From Takakia lepidozioides (lineage: Eukaryota; Plantae; Bryophyta), in NCBI GenBank assembly GCA_030704615.1, contig CM060733.1:3410001-3474000 (forward strand): a stretch of 64,000 nucleotides of DNA, given 5' to 3'. Shown here one piece after another: positions 1 through 12,066 of the stretch. Positions within the stretch are counted from its first letter, which is position 1; each line of letters starts with the position of its first letter. The notes below the pieces were generated by a model. It was given only the letters and a program-made list of their open reading frames with translations. It did not search any database and had not been told where the DNA came from. The translations under genes were made by a program, and so were the position numbers.

Positions 1-269
1 TGGAAGACTATAGAGAAGGGAAGCTAAAGCAATCTTTAAGCCCAGAATGCTTTCATCCCATTACTCCCCCTATCTTCACACTCATTCTTGCTCAAGCAAT
101 AGATAAGATCATCCTTAAAGAACCTCTCAAATAACTCTCAAGAGCCCTCAAATTATTGCCATGAACTTCTGAAATCTGCCCTCAATCAGCCCCTAACATA
201 GACCCACCGAGGTTCAAGAAGTTCGCAAACTTGGATTCTAAACAGTCCACCAAAAGGTCCTAGGCGCCC

Positions 270-900
270 GCCAATTAGTGGCCTCCAAGGTCTCCAACCA
301 GCCCTCACAATGGCTCCACTGCCCAATATGGCCTCCATGGGCCTCCAAGAGTCCTCCAAACACAGCCCTTAAGAAGCTCCACAAATCTGTAAAGTATTGG
401 CCTCCAAAGACCTCCAATAGTCCTCCAACAGCCCTTAAGAAGCTCCTCAAATCTGCCAAGTATTGGTCTCCAAGGACCTCCAACAGTCCTCCAACAGCCC
501 TTAAGAAGCTCTTCAAATCTACCAAGTATTGGCCTCCAAGGACCTCCAACAGTCTTCCAACAGCCCTTAAAAAGCTCATCAAATCTGTCAAGTATTTGCC
601 CCCAAGGACCTCCAATAGTCCCCCAAAGAGCTCTTAGAAAACTCCATAAGCCTGCCCAATATGGGCCTCCAAATACCTCCAATCGTCCTCTAACCAGCCC
701 TCACAAGGCTCCACAGGCCTGCCAAACATTGGCCTCAAATGACCCCAAATAGTCTTTCAAACAGCCCTTAGCAGGTTCCACAAGCCTGCAAGATATTGGC
801 TTCAATAGACCCCAAAATAGTCCTCAAAGCAGGCCCCAATACCTGCTAGATATTGGCCTCAATAGACCCCAAATAGTCCTCAAACAAGCCCCCTGAAGGC
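270..900. repeat. 66-bp tandem minisatellite (~9 degenerate units)
   Basis: gcccttaag recurs at 365, 431 and 497 (period 66). This explains the 22-aa-periodic ORFs on both strands (238-682). Confidence 0.9.
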
Positions 901-921
901 TCCAAAAATATCCACAGTCAG

Positions 922-1360
922 TCGATTTTTCATCCGTCATTGACCGAATTTCATCCAAAACCCCGATTTCTCATCCACAGATCCGATATTTCATCTGCCG
1001 CGATAGTTCATCCGTCGGTGCAATATTTCATCCACTGGTGCGATATTTGATCTGCTGGTGCAGTTTCATCCATCGCTGTGATTTTTCATCCAATGGCACA
1101 ATAGTTCATCCGCTGCCACGATTTCATCCACTGGCGCAGTTTCATCCGTCGCCGGTGATTTTTCATCTGATAGCGCGATAGTTCATCCGTTGCCACGATT
1201 TCATCCACTGGCGCAATTTCATCCGTCGTCGTGATTTTTCATCCGATAGCGCGATAATCCACTGCCACGATTTCATCCGCTGGCGCAGTTTCTTCCACTG
1301 CAACCGATTCTCATCTAGGAGCACCGATTGTCATCCATTGGCTCAATAGTTCATCCGATG
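922..1360. repeat. Tandem array of ~19-21 bp units with a TTCATCC core
   Basis: About 20 units such as gatttttcatccgtc, gatagttcatccgct and cgatttcatccactg. Confidence 0.9.
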
Positions 1361-4300
1361 GGACAATGGTGGTGCTCCCAACTCTGGGGCAATGTTTCCA
1401 CGCATTCCCATGCATTTCCACAAGTTCCCAAGCGTTCTCTCGAGTTTCCAAGGAGTTCACACGCGTTCCCAAGCTAGGGTTTGCGTCGCTTTGCCTCTAC
1501 GATTGCTGCAACGAGCTATGGCTTCTATGGAGCAACCAGAGGTGCTGTTCTTGGTTTCTTGAGCATCAATAGACCACCGAGAGTGCCTCTAACTCCCTGA
1601 GCAAGCTATTTGCCATACAACAAGCTCTCTTTCTCTATAGAACTTATTGAAACAAGCATAGAACAAGTTATTGAGCTTTCTATGGCATACCCTCTTCTAG
1701 CTATCGCATGCACTCATAGTGTTTCTTTCTACTGCCATAGTGCACCTCTTAGAGCTCTTAATCCAGCCCTGCACTTGCCACTTCCATAGACATGCTCTTC
1801 CCAAGCTTGGGATTGAAACCCCAACTCAAAGCATGTTTTACAAATACAATATTCTGCCCCAAAGAGAAATCAGATGTCTACCTCCACTCATAGCTCTCCT
1901 AAGCTTGAAGTTGAAGACTCCCACAAGCTGAAACCATGCTCCACACATGCACCGCTTGCTCCCTTAACACCCGAGCTCTTCTTGAACTCCTCAAAGCCTG
2001 CAACACTTGCAGAACAAGAGCTTCTTCACAAGCTCTCAAACTTCTCAATGGGGCTCTCCTTGAAGATCTCCTCTTGTACATAAACACCACAAGGTTTTCT
2101 TCTTGCAAACCCTGCAACACCTTATAACTTCAGAGCTATCTATCAAGCTCTCCTCCACACAAGTGTTAACTATGCTAACACCTTGCACTCATCGATGTAA
2201 GCAGGTCTTCTTCTAGTAATACGGAAATGGTGAAAAGAAGATAAACCACTCTATCACGTTATATAAGTCAAGCCAATGGCACCTTTGCTAAAATACTCCA
2301 CCATACAGACCTCAACCACTCTCCACCTCAAGAACTAGAGCTATGGCGACGAGAGAGGCCTCGGGAGGCTTGATTAGAAAAATACGAGTCTGCCTACGTC
2401 TCACGTGGAGATAACCTCTCCACGTCCCAAGTGAGGTTCGCCATCTCACTTGACACATGGAACCAAATGAAGTTCCAATGCCAACAAAATACAAATATAA
2501 ATGTATAATGTCATAATTAGCTAGAAATAACTATTTCTAACTAATCACAAACAAAACCATGACAACTCAATAAAGATGAGTTGACCCTCCATCCATGGGG
2601 CGCTTAATCATCACATGTCAATTGACTGTGATTCAGTACTGTGAAAAAACAATAATTTTTTCTAAACTACATGGACTCTTACAGTAGACAAAGACTAAAA
2701 ACTCCATACAAACCGTACCAACCAATGGCCGACAATCTGCACTACAGCGCCATAGTCAACGTGGGAGGCTCAACTCGAGAAAGATGAGCCTTGTCGCATC
2801 TGCTGTGAGGATAACTTCTCACATGGCCCAATATTAACTTTGGACCCTGGATTGACACTTGGGCGTACTCAAGTGTCAATACATAACAATTAGTTATTTC
2901 CTAGCTAGTTTCACACTAGCTACCTTAAATTAGATAATGTCATACTAACTAGCAAATTAGCTAGTTTTACATTAACTAGTATTAAAATCCACTTAACAAA
3001 ACATTGAGCCGCAAATCTCTGTTGAAACGTTATTTCTAGTTACTTCCTTCGTGAAGCCAATTTTTTGGGTATGGACAGATCGCCACTTGACCTTGAAATT
3101 TCACCCGCACAGTCTTGACCCTCCATTAGACACATACAAATAAAAATGTCCCACAAACAATGTCTGATAATGGTTCCAACCTAAAATTGGTGTAGTAGAA
3201 AAATACTGATGACAAATACGCATGTAACATGCAACGACAAGAAAATGTAACTAAGTAGTTGTAAAATATATATATATATTCAAAATAATAATAATAAAGA
3301 TATAAAGATTAAATGAGTATCTGTGTGGCTATGCAATTACCACCAGAAGCAGTATGTGTATCATGAACTCATTGCAGCTAATTGCGAGCATCCGGATTTG
3401 TGACAGCAACAAAAATGTTACAAAGGATGGTCACAAAACGGACGTCACCAGTAGATCTAGCCCCAATGTTTTTTAATAAGAATATGTGGTAGTCCTAGTC
3501 TCAAACTCTTGCCCCAACTGATCAGACTCTCTATGAAATGTGGCATAGAAGCTCACCACTAGTTATCAGCGTTAGTGACGTTAAGTCACATCAGGTTACG
3601 TCGAACCGAACGCTAATGTCACATCAGTTTTGAGACAAAAAAATGTAAATTGTAAAGGGGTGAAAAACGTGATACTCAAAGTGTACGCACACCCCGCAAA
3701 ATTAGAAGGCTCAAACAAACGTTTTTATTCTTATTTTTTAAATTCAAAAACATTAGATGATCTTTTGATGGTCGTCCAATTATCACCTGGCGGTCACTGT
3801 CACCCAGCTGGCGTCCGAACCCAAAAAAAAAAAACACGCATAGCCACCGTCAGTCATTGCTAGACCGTCACCCAGCGATTGTCCGAATCCAAGCTCAAAA
3901 CTATATAAATTGAATTTTTGATTTGTGATATCAAGTTGTATGACTATCCGATACATGTAGATGAATTGAATTCGTGGCTTCAAGAGGTGTCATATGGTAT
4001 GTCCATCATTGATTACAAATAAATATCTAATTTTCGTAGGTTTACATAGTACTTTTCATATTGTTTAAATTGTGTCTTGCAACATATATGTATTTTCAAC
4101 AAACAAACATAAATGGTGATGAATACATGTCATAGAAGAATTACCGACTCTACAACATTTGCATCATACTCAGCAAATGCCCTAAATTGTTTTTCGTCTT
4201 ATGACATTGGCGATGACCTGAACGACAGTGATATTAAAGGCCTACATATCTTTTGCACAAGACTTACTCAGTCTACATCCTCTGCACCAAAACTGAAAAT

Positions 4301-5752
4301 GAAACAGAGTGCTGAAAGTTGTGGTACCTTGTCAAGTGTCTGGCCCTCGGATTTTACCAATAAAAATTTCCAACGTAATCTAACTAAATTTAACTTAGCT
4401 AAGTTAAACTTAGTATATATTTTTTTAATTTACTCATTTGCTCTATTTAACTTATTTAATTTTAAGTATAACACGTAAAATAAAATAAAATAACATCGGC
4501 CTACATGGGCATTGGGCTGCGTACTTGATTTCATTCACAATGGATGAGATGCAGTACTGAAGACAAAGGTACCTCCGCCTGGTGTTCTTCCACACTAAAT
4601 TGTCAGTCACCCAAAGGCTCTAGTAGATACACGATATGTTCTGTCTTAAGCGGTGACATCTATAACTATTGTGTTGATTATGACATGTCGGAAGTCAACT
4701 TGACCGGGTTCGAATACCGGCGCAGACAATTTGGTTAGGGTTCAGATATAATGTAAGCAAATCATAACGTATAATTTATTCTTGATAAATTAATAATACA
4801 ATTAAATTGTTATAAAGTTTTTTATTAAAAAAAATCAATTATAGTATTCCCTAAAGTTAATACTTTCTACTATCAAATAATATTTTTTTCTTGCTGTAAT
4901 TTGATTAATGGGCTGGGCCATCATGTTAACAAACTTCTATTTCTATCTACATTCCAACCAATCGGATGAGGATTAGATACAAAAGTTATGGACATTTTGT
5001 TATGATTGATCAACATTATGATGATCTTGTTGCAGTCATGAACATACAAATGTAGTTCAGAGTTCATTTTAGATGCAGTCAAAGATGTTTTGTGCCTTAA
5101 AACATCTTTGAGATCTTCGACACTGATATTTTACAAACTGAAATCTCTACACTCCTCATGTACTGATATACTATCTATATTAGCCTAGTCTATTTTTGCA
5201 AGCTGGGTTCTCTTCAAGGTGACTATTACCTCTGCGTTCTTCAGCGTTCACTGCAATCTACCTTCTTGACATGCTCAATAGTTTGTTATAGATTTTAGGC
5301 ATTTATTTTTGTAATTTTTGAAAGTTTGGCAATTTTTACCAAATTTTTACTTATTTATTAAGCTTGTTCATTTTTAATTATTTACTGCCGAATCAGCCTA
5401 CCGACTACGGTATATTGGAGGTAGCATCCTAATGGATTTTTAGTACATATGCATATTTTGAATATTGCTCATTTGTTAAAGTTAAGCACACATTCTAACC
5501 GGTAATTCATATGGTCGTGACCGACCTTAGCCAATTCAACAAGTCGATAAATGGTATCTTGGGCACAAGGATACGCGTAAAGAGCACCTATTATATCAAG
5601 ATTCCTCTTTTCGAAAAGGTATTTAAGGACTATCATAGAATTGCTTCAATATGTAATGTGTCATGTCAGTTAGATAAACAACATATATATTTGAAGTTTG
5701 ATTAAGTCTAATCAGGTCCGCATACATCTTCAAATTTTATTTAAATAAAATT

Positions 5753-6710
5753 GGGATTGGCAGAGCTAGCGATTTTATATAGTTTTAAAAATATTTAAAG
5801 TAATTTGAGACTCTTAGTGCTTGCGGTCCCGTTACAATTTTGAAAAAAATTAAATACCCTCAGCTTTGGCAGTCCGGAATTATTGAGAAAATATTTAATA
5901 AATGATGACCGCCAGCTCTGACGGTCCGGATTTTTTTCAAAAAATATTTAATATTAGGACCGCCAGCCTTTTTGTTTTTGTTTTTCTTCATTTTTTGGAT
6001 AAAATTGGACCACCAGCTAGCATCTTACTTTTTTTTTAAGGGACTGCCAAAGTTGGTGGTTCTGATTTGTAATTGTTTTTAAAAAATATTATTTTTGGAA
6101 AAAATTGGGACAGCCAAAGCTATCACTCCCAATTTGTTTTTATATTTATTTATATTTGTTAAAATCGGGACAATTGTTTTTATTTTTTGTAATTTTTTTA
6201 ATTAAAATAATAAAACGTCGTAGCTGCCAGAGTGGTTCCGAATTTATTATTAAAAAAAGAAAACGTACATCGCCAGCTCTGGTGATCCGAATTTTTTCCG
6301 GAGAAAAACAAACAAAGAAAAGACCGTCAGCTCTAGCGGGTCCCGATTTTATCCTTAAATAAGAATGAATTTTTTTTAACAAAAATTGGGACCGTATCCA
6401 ACTCTGACGTTCTAGATTTTATCCAATGTTCTTTTTTTTTGGACCGCCAGAGTTGGCAGTCCCGTTCTATTATATTTGTTTTTTTAAAGTAGGGCATGCT
6501 AGAGCTGGCGCTACCAAATTTATTAGATAATATCTTAAAGATCGGGACTGTTAACTCCGATTTAAGTACCTTCTTAAAAATTGGGACGGCCAGAGTGGCG
6601 ATTCTGATTTTATTTTATTTATTTTCAAAATTTGGGACCGCTAGATTTGACGATCCCAAATATTCTCTAAAACTAATTTTATAAAATTTTGGACCATCAG
6701 ATATGGCATG
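5753..6710. repeat. Array of ~24-bp imperfect GC-rich palindromes separated by AT-rich spacers (probably DNA-transposon-derived)
   Basis: Recurring unit of type GGGACCGCCAGAGTTGGCAGTCCC in both orientations (e.g. 6441-6463, 6040-6063, 6583-6605, 6634-6657), spaced about 50-60 bp apart by poly-A/T-rich DNA. Confidence 0.75.
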
Positions 6711-7536
6711 GTGGTTTACGAATTACTATGATAAAGTTTAAAGTATGTTATGTAAAAATTTAAAATCAATTATACAACAATAATATCAAATTTTGAGGTG
6801 ATGTGACGTACGTTACGACTTGACTTTGGACGTGATGCTGATATATGAGTGTCATGTTACATCGTTTTGTGTAATTAGTGTTGAAATACACAGACTATCT
6901 TTTGTTTTTTTCTCACTCGCAGGCTGGGATGGCGGAGATGGTAGCGTCTTCTTGTTTTCTCCTCCACGCGCTATGTTGTCTCACCATCATGCAAACATAC
7001 AAACAAGATGTTCAAAATACACAATCAAATGATACAAATCCAATAAAAACATAGTTGTATTTCCAACATACACTTCGATGAGCATTGTAATAAAAAACAG
7101 AATCCAATTATTCAGTGCGAGACTCCAAACCACTCTCCCATCCCACTCTTTTTTCATGTTTGTCTGTTCTGCTTTCGAATAGTTGGTAGTTTTCACTTTC
7201 TTGATAAGACCCAATACATATTCTCGGTTGTTGTAGTGAGTTCGTTTCCATCCCCCAAAATTTTGATACTTTTAGTAGCATACATAATCCCGTCCAAAAT
7301 TTTGTTTGCAGATAACTAGAGCATGGGGCCCAAACCCGTGGTTTGTTTGTCATACTATTTATCTGTCATATTTTTTTGTGTACGTTGTGTCTTACTTTGT
7401 GCATTGGCCAACCGTCTATGAGGATTTAAGAATATGTGCATATTATTGCGTTTGTTCTTTTCCTCATCATACGGTCTATTCAATCGAATTTACGGCCTTC
7501 CATATTTGTCAATAGCCATTATTGCCCTATGACCTT

Positions 7537-10300
7537 TGTGAGGGCTGAATTTCTACATACCTATCTTTTGGGCATGGATGAATGATTCTGATGATGATAC
7601 AGGATGTGCGCGCTCGTTGAGTATCGCGGATGACAGATGGTAGATACAAGATGAACTTAATCGTTGGTTTCCGGATGGATGAGGTTAGAGTAGCCGTTAC
7701 GTATTAAGCGCCGGTACAGCTGGCTGTATTAAGTTGGTGTTGTCTTTAGTTAACCGTTAGATTATGATTAGATTAAGTGAGGTGGCCTGATTGTGCGGCC
7801 TAACTGGAAAAGCATCGGGCCAGCCAATGAATGGAGGCAGTGTACCTCTGTTGTGACTGGATGTGTACATGAGTGCTTGGATGAATGTGAGTAGGTGAGG
7901 TTTATCTTTGTAATAGATTCCATCATATTAAGCGGGTCGCTGCCCTACTGCGTTACAACCCTCATACTGGTAATACCGGACTTAAAGGGGGAATATATCC
8001 CCGGCCCCGGAATCTTGGTGGAGATGGTGGACATTGGAACTGTCACTATGGATGTATGATCTAATCATTTTCAGGTGCTGGTATTGTGCAGAGAGCATAA
8101 GGTATAGCCGTTAGCAGACACAATAACGACGTCTTTTTATCCTTGATTTGTGCAAGCTTATGTTGATTTTGTCCGCTGCGCGTAATGGCGTCTCTCTCCC
8201 ACTCTGAGCCGTTGTTTCCTGAGATCACGCCCGAGCTCAACTTTGAGCTTACCTTTTTACATGAACTACGAGTGTATCGGAGCGAAGACATCTGCAAATA
8301 CGCTCTTTTTGATGTCAAAGAGCCATGGACACATGAAAATATTGTGCTGGACACCCCCTCTGATTAATGGATTGTCAAGTTCGAGGAGGAGGCCGCTGAG
8401 GAGGCTGCGAAAGTCGTAACCACTACCGCTCAAAAGCGCGAGCAAAAGCGTAAGATAGACGAGGCATTACAAGGGGCTTGGGCTGGGAAGTTGCTGCAGG
8501 AACTGCATGCGGAGGAGATTGCTCAAATGATCCCAGTTTCCGTGCTCAAAGAACGTATGCGTGCTGGTGAACGATTTAGCTGGGCAGAAGTGGGGGATCC
8601 TAAGTTTCCCGTGAAATTGGCCGTAACTTGGAAAGCTTCTCGCATCGCAAATAGGCCTAGTCCTTTGCGGCTCTAGGAATTTGTCAAGGGTGGAACAACT
8701 ATTGTGTTTGCTTTCGTGAGGCTAAAGTTGTTGATGCGACTGCTGATCCCACCTGGGAAGAGGTAGTGGCTGGGGTGCTCGAGCAACGTTTCTCTCATTG
8801 TGCAACGGACATAGTCATCTTCCCTGGGAATAGCTTCAAACACGAAAGGGTGGGACTCAGTCAAGTAACAAAAGTTGCTGAATACCCTCCTCACACCATG
8901 GTTGTCAAATAACGTATCATTCGCACCATCGTCAAAGTCTCGTTTTGCCTCAAATCAGATCGGGAAGTCTGGGACCAGTTGGGTGAGGCTGTCTACCTTT
9001 TGCCCAAATACAAATACATCAGTTGTCACTGTGTGGTGAACTGGGAGGCTTCGGCGGATAGGAGGTTGTAAGCATGGATGATGCTCTCCTCCATAGGTGC
9101 AAGGCTGACATCCACTTGAGTGGAATCTCCAAGCTGCTTATGAGGCAAGTTAACTATCACTTACCTACCCACCGGGAAAGTGAAGGACATTTGTTCAAAG
9201 TTGATGCTTTGGAAGGCCAATCCGTTGTGGAAGTCCCTCCTAGGTCTGCTGTTCCTGCCTTGCTTGACCTTTATCATGCCCCTACTTATGCTGGTCATTT
9301 GGGGGTGGCTAAGACAGTCAAACGTTTACAAGAGCAATACCATTGGAAGGGGTTGGTGAAAAATGTCTTAGCTTTCATTGCTCAATGTGTTCAATGTCAT
9401 GCCAAGACCATCCTGCCTAGAACCAAAGCTCCATTGTCGTTACAGCCTATCCCTGTTACTGAACCTTTTGCAAAGGTGGGCTTAGATTTAGTTGGACCTC
9501 TCAAACCCACGTCCAAAGGCCATACTTACCTTGCTGTAGCCCCAGATTACCTGACGAAATGGGTTGAGCTCCAACCATTGGTTGCTAAGGACAACGATGA
9601 AGTCGTACAATTCTTCTTTGACAAGGTGATCCTCCGCCACGGTTGTCCCATTGAGATCCTCACGGATCAAGGTGCCGAGTTTTGCAACCACCTCATGGAA
9701 ATTGTTTTGTTCAATCTGAATATCATTCATGCGGTGACTGCTCTCTATAACCCCCATGCAATGACTTGACTGAACGTTTTAACTAAACCATGTGTCGGAT
9801 GTTGGAGAAAAATGAGACTTTAATTGTCGAATGAGACATGGTTGTTCTCATCATGTTGTTTGCTTATCGCACTTCTATTCATGCTAGTATTAAGCTTTCC
9901 CCTTTTGAGCTGTTATATGACTTGAAGTGTCATACCCCTTTGCATATTTCTTGTTTGTAGGTGTCAGCCATCGAGCCTAAAAACTGGGAGCAGTTTTTGC
10001 TCGCTATGGATGCTAAACGCATGTTACTTAAGATATCAAATCCAACATTGTTTTTGTACAGACTTCTCAGGCTAAATACTATAACTGTAAGGTCGTTTAT
10101 TCTGAGTCTTTCAAGGTGCAGGGACAATCTATATGTATGCGGCTGCAACCTGGGAAACATGTGTCCAAATTAGCTAGGGGCCACATAGATGGCCATTACC
10201 TCATCACTGAAATCCTTCCATGCAGGCAGTATGTACTTCTCCCACAACATTCTTCCACTCCTAACCTAGCTAGTTCAGTCCATGTATCATTGTTGGTTCT
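7537..10300 (+). mobile_element. Decayed LTR retroelement (LTR, putative PBS, degenerate internal region, Ty3/gypsy-type integrase)
   Basis: LTR-like 7537-7966 bounded by inverted ends TGTGAGGG...CCCTCATA and followed by cTGG (PBS-like). Integrase ORF lies downstream. The first ~75 bp of this LTR recur at 11385-11460. Confidence 0.6.
9074..10260 (+). pseudogene. Retrotransposon integrase (HHCC zinc domain + DDE core), disrupted
   Basis: H..GHLG...CVQC zinc motif, VGLDLVGP (first D), ILTDQGAEF (second D), then TERFN after a stop/frameshift at ~9770. Further stops follow. Confidence 0.85.
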
Positions 10301-11384
10301 TTGTACGTCACTGACTTTTGATTTGATTTGTCTCAATGTTGAGAACAGGCAGGTGATTTACATCCCTACCCAGGCTGCTCTTTCAAGATTGCAGTCACCT
10401 AGTTCAAAGCCTTAGTTAGTGATTCATTCTTTTTTTCGTGCTAGCTTATGGAGTTGCAGGATTGGGTGGATCAAAAGCGGCACATGTTGAGTCCATTGGA
10501 AGTCCATGGATTTTATTTTATTTTTTGAATTTATTGCTTTCAGTTTATTTAAAAAAAAGAAGATAATAGTATATATAACATTTTTAGTGAAGAGTCCCTC
10601 CTCAAATATTGAAGACATTCTTTACTAGATATTTTAATCTTTAATTTGAAAAAACATTTAGACATCAAAATCTAGAGTTTCCAACCACTTGTCCATATAC
10701 CACCTAGCACCTCTAGATTATAGGTTTGTATGCATTTTTAGTAAAAAAAAAACACCTCAAAAAACCAAAAACATAAGATGTTATGGACTAGAGCAAATCA
10801 ACCTGTTTTTAGATGCAAAATAGTCAATAGTTCTCAATTCCTAAGATAATTAGTCCACATAAATGTGGATTGGCACCCCTAGTGTGTTTTTCTTTGTGTC
10901 ATTGTATGAATGTACATGATGTTTTTTCAGTCCATAAGATTTTATGTGTAACATCTGCAGTCCACAGTAATCAACTTTAAAAAACCATGGCTCTCTGGTA
11001 CATGATTGTTTTTGCAATCTAACAATTGGTACACATACCTATTGTAGTTAGAAACACTACACCATATAAATTTAGATGAAATATTGAGTTGTTGAACAAA
11101 TATGGGTAAAACCATGTAGGGAGGTCACTGCAGAAACTGCCATGTTACGCAAAAATTGATACACCCAATCTTGCAAATGAAACATTGTACCATACATGGG
11201 GTTTTTCCAGTTTGATCTTTTGCCCTTCGTCCACCTTGCAGGGCAAGATTTTATTTTACTGATTTTTTCATCCCATGTATGTCGGGTACCTAGCGTTGTC
11301 ATAGTTTTTTTGTAGTTCATATTTTGTCTCTCTCTCAGCTCGCAGGAGCTCGCTCAATCTTGTGGAGCCAGCATGCTTCACATA

Positions 11385-12066
11385 TGTGAGGGCTGGATTC
11401 CAACCTACCTAACTTTTGGGCATGGATGAATGATTATGAGGATGATACAAGATGTGCGCGTGACGAGCCCTAGTCGCGCGCGGCCAGGTTGACGGCATAC
11501 TAGCCTAGGGGGTCGTGACAAGTTGCGGTGTAGGTTGGGCTCAACGAACTGCCTACCCGGCTGCGGTAAGTGCAAGGGTCCGTGACAGCTATGGACGGAT
11601 TTAAACAGTCTAACTTCCTACCGGCAAAGCAAAGCTTAACAACTCCACTTCACAGGGCGATTTGCGTTTCCTAGTCCTACGTTTTGTTTATGGGTTTTCT
11701 ACGTCTTTAATCGTAATTGTCTTCCAAGTCTTTGTTTATTACTACTTCCTACGTGCCTCGACTCCCAACACGCTTGTAGCCGGGACGAACCTTCAAATCC
11801 CTTCACAAAACGAATTTCGAGCCCAGGGAGACGGGGATCATCTATCTCCCGCCCAATGGCCCCTCCTAAATCCCAAGGTGGATTAGTTGCAGGTGGGCAG
11901 CCACCAGAACGGTGGCAGGTGGGCGGGCATTCCCGAGTAAGCTTGCGGGGCTTGGGGTGGGCTGCATGCGGTTGTGGGGGAGATCGTGATATCTGCCTCA
12001 CTTTGGATTTGAGGATCGTTTGGGCATATTATCCTAGTCTTCAACATGGCTTATAGGGTTGTGACG
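11385..12066 (+). mobile_element. Truncated copy of the 7537 LTR start joined to another LTR-like fragment
   Basis: 11385-11460 matches 7537-7612 (tgtgagggctg...cttttgggcatggatgaatgatt.tga.gatgataca.gatgtgcgcg). It is followed by GC-rich sequence with LTR-end-like gggtcgtgaca / agggttgtgac motifs. Confidence 0.5.

Larger units (their letters stand above)
1..2920 (-). mobile_element. 5' non-coding (LTR/UTR-like) region of a retroelement related to the one at 55.7-64 kb, running leftward out of the window
   Basis: Collinear reverse-complement similarity blocks: 1-60 vs ~57685-57748 (gaagggaagctaaagcaat); ~1400-1470 vs ~56870-56945; ~1560-1635 vs ~56712-56790; ~1815-1855 vs ~56520-56570; ~2735-2920 vs ~55698-55890 (ggctcaactcga.aaagatgagcc, ggattgacacttggg, tatttcctagcta..ttcacactag). 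Confidence 0.8.

Noticed and set aside
238-682. ORFs with 22-aa periodicity, LRR-like in appearance
   Set aside because: Open on both strands because of a 66-bp tandem repeat inside a TE non-coding region; no LRR consensus.
5753-6710. CRISPR array
   Set aside because: Repeats are degenerate and in mixed orientation, spacers are low-complexity, there are no cas genes, and the context is a eukaryotic nucleus.
7537-11460. Intact element with paired LTRs at 7537 and 11385
   Set aside because: The second copy matches only ~75 bp, is diverged, has no polypurine tract upstream, and no TSD could be identified.
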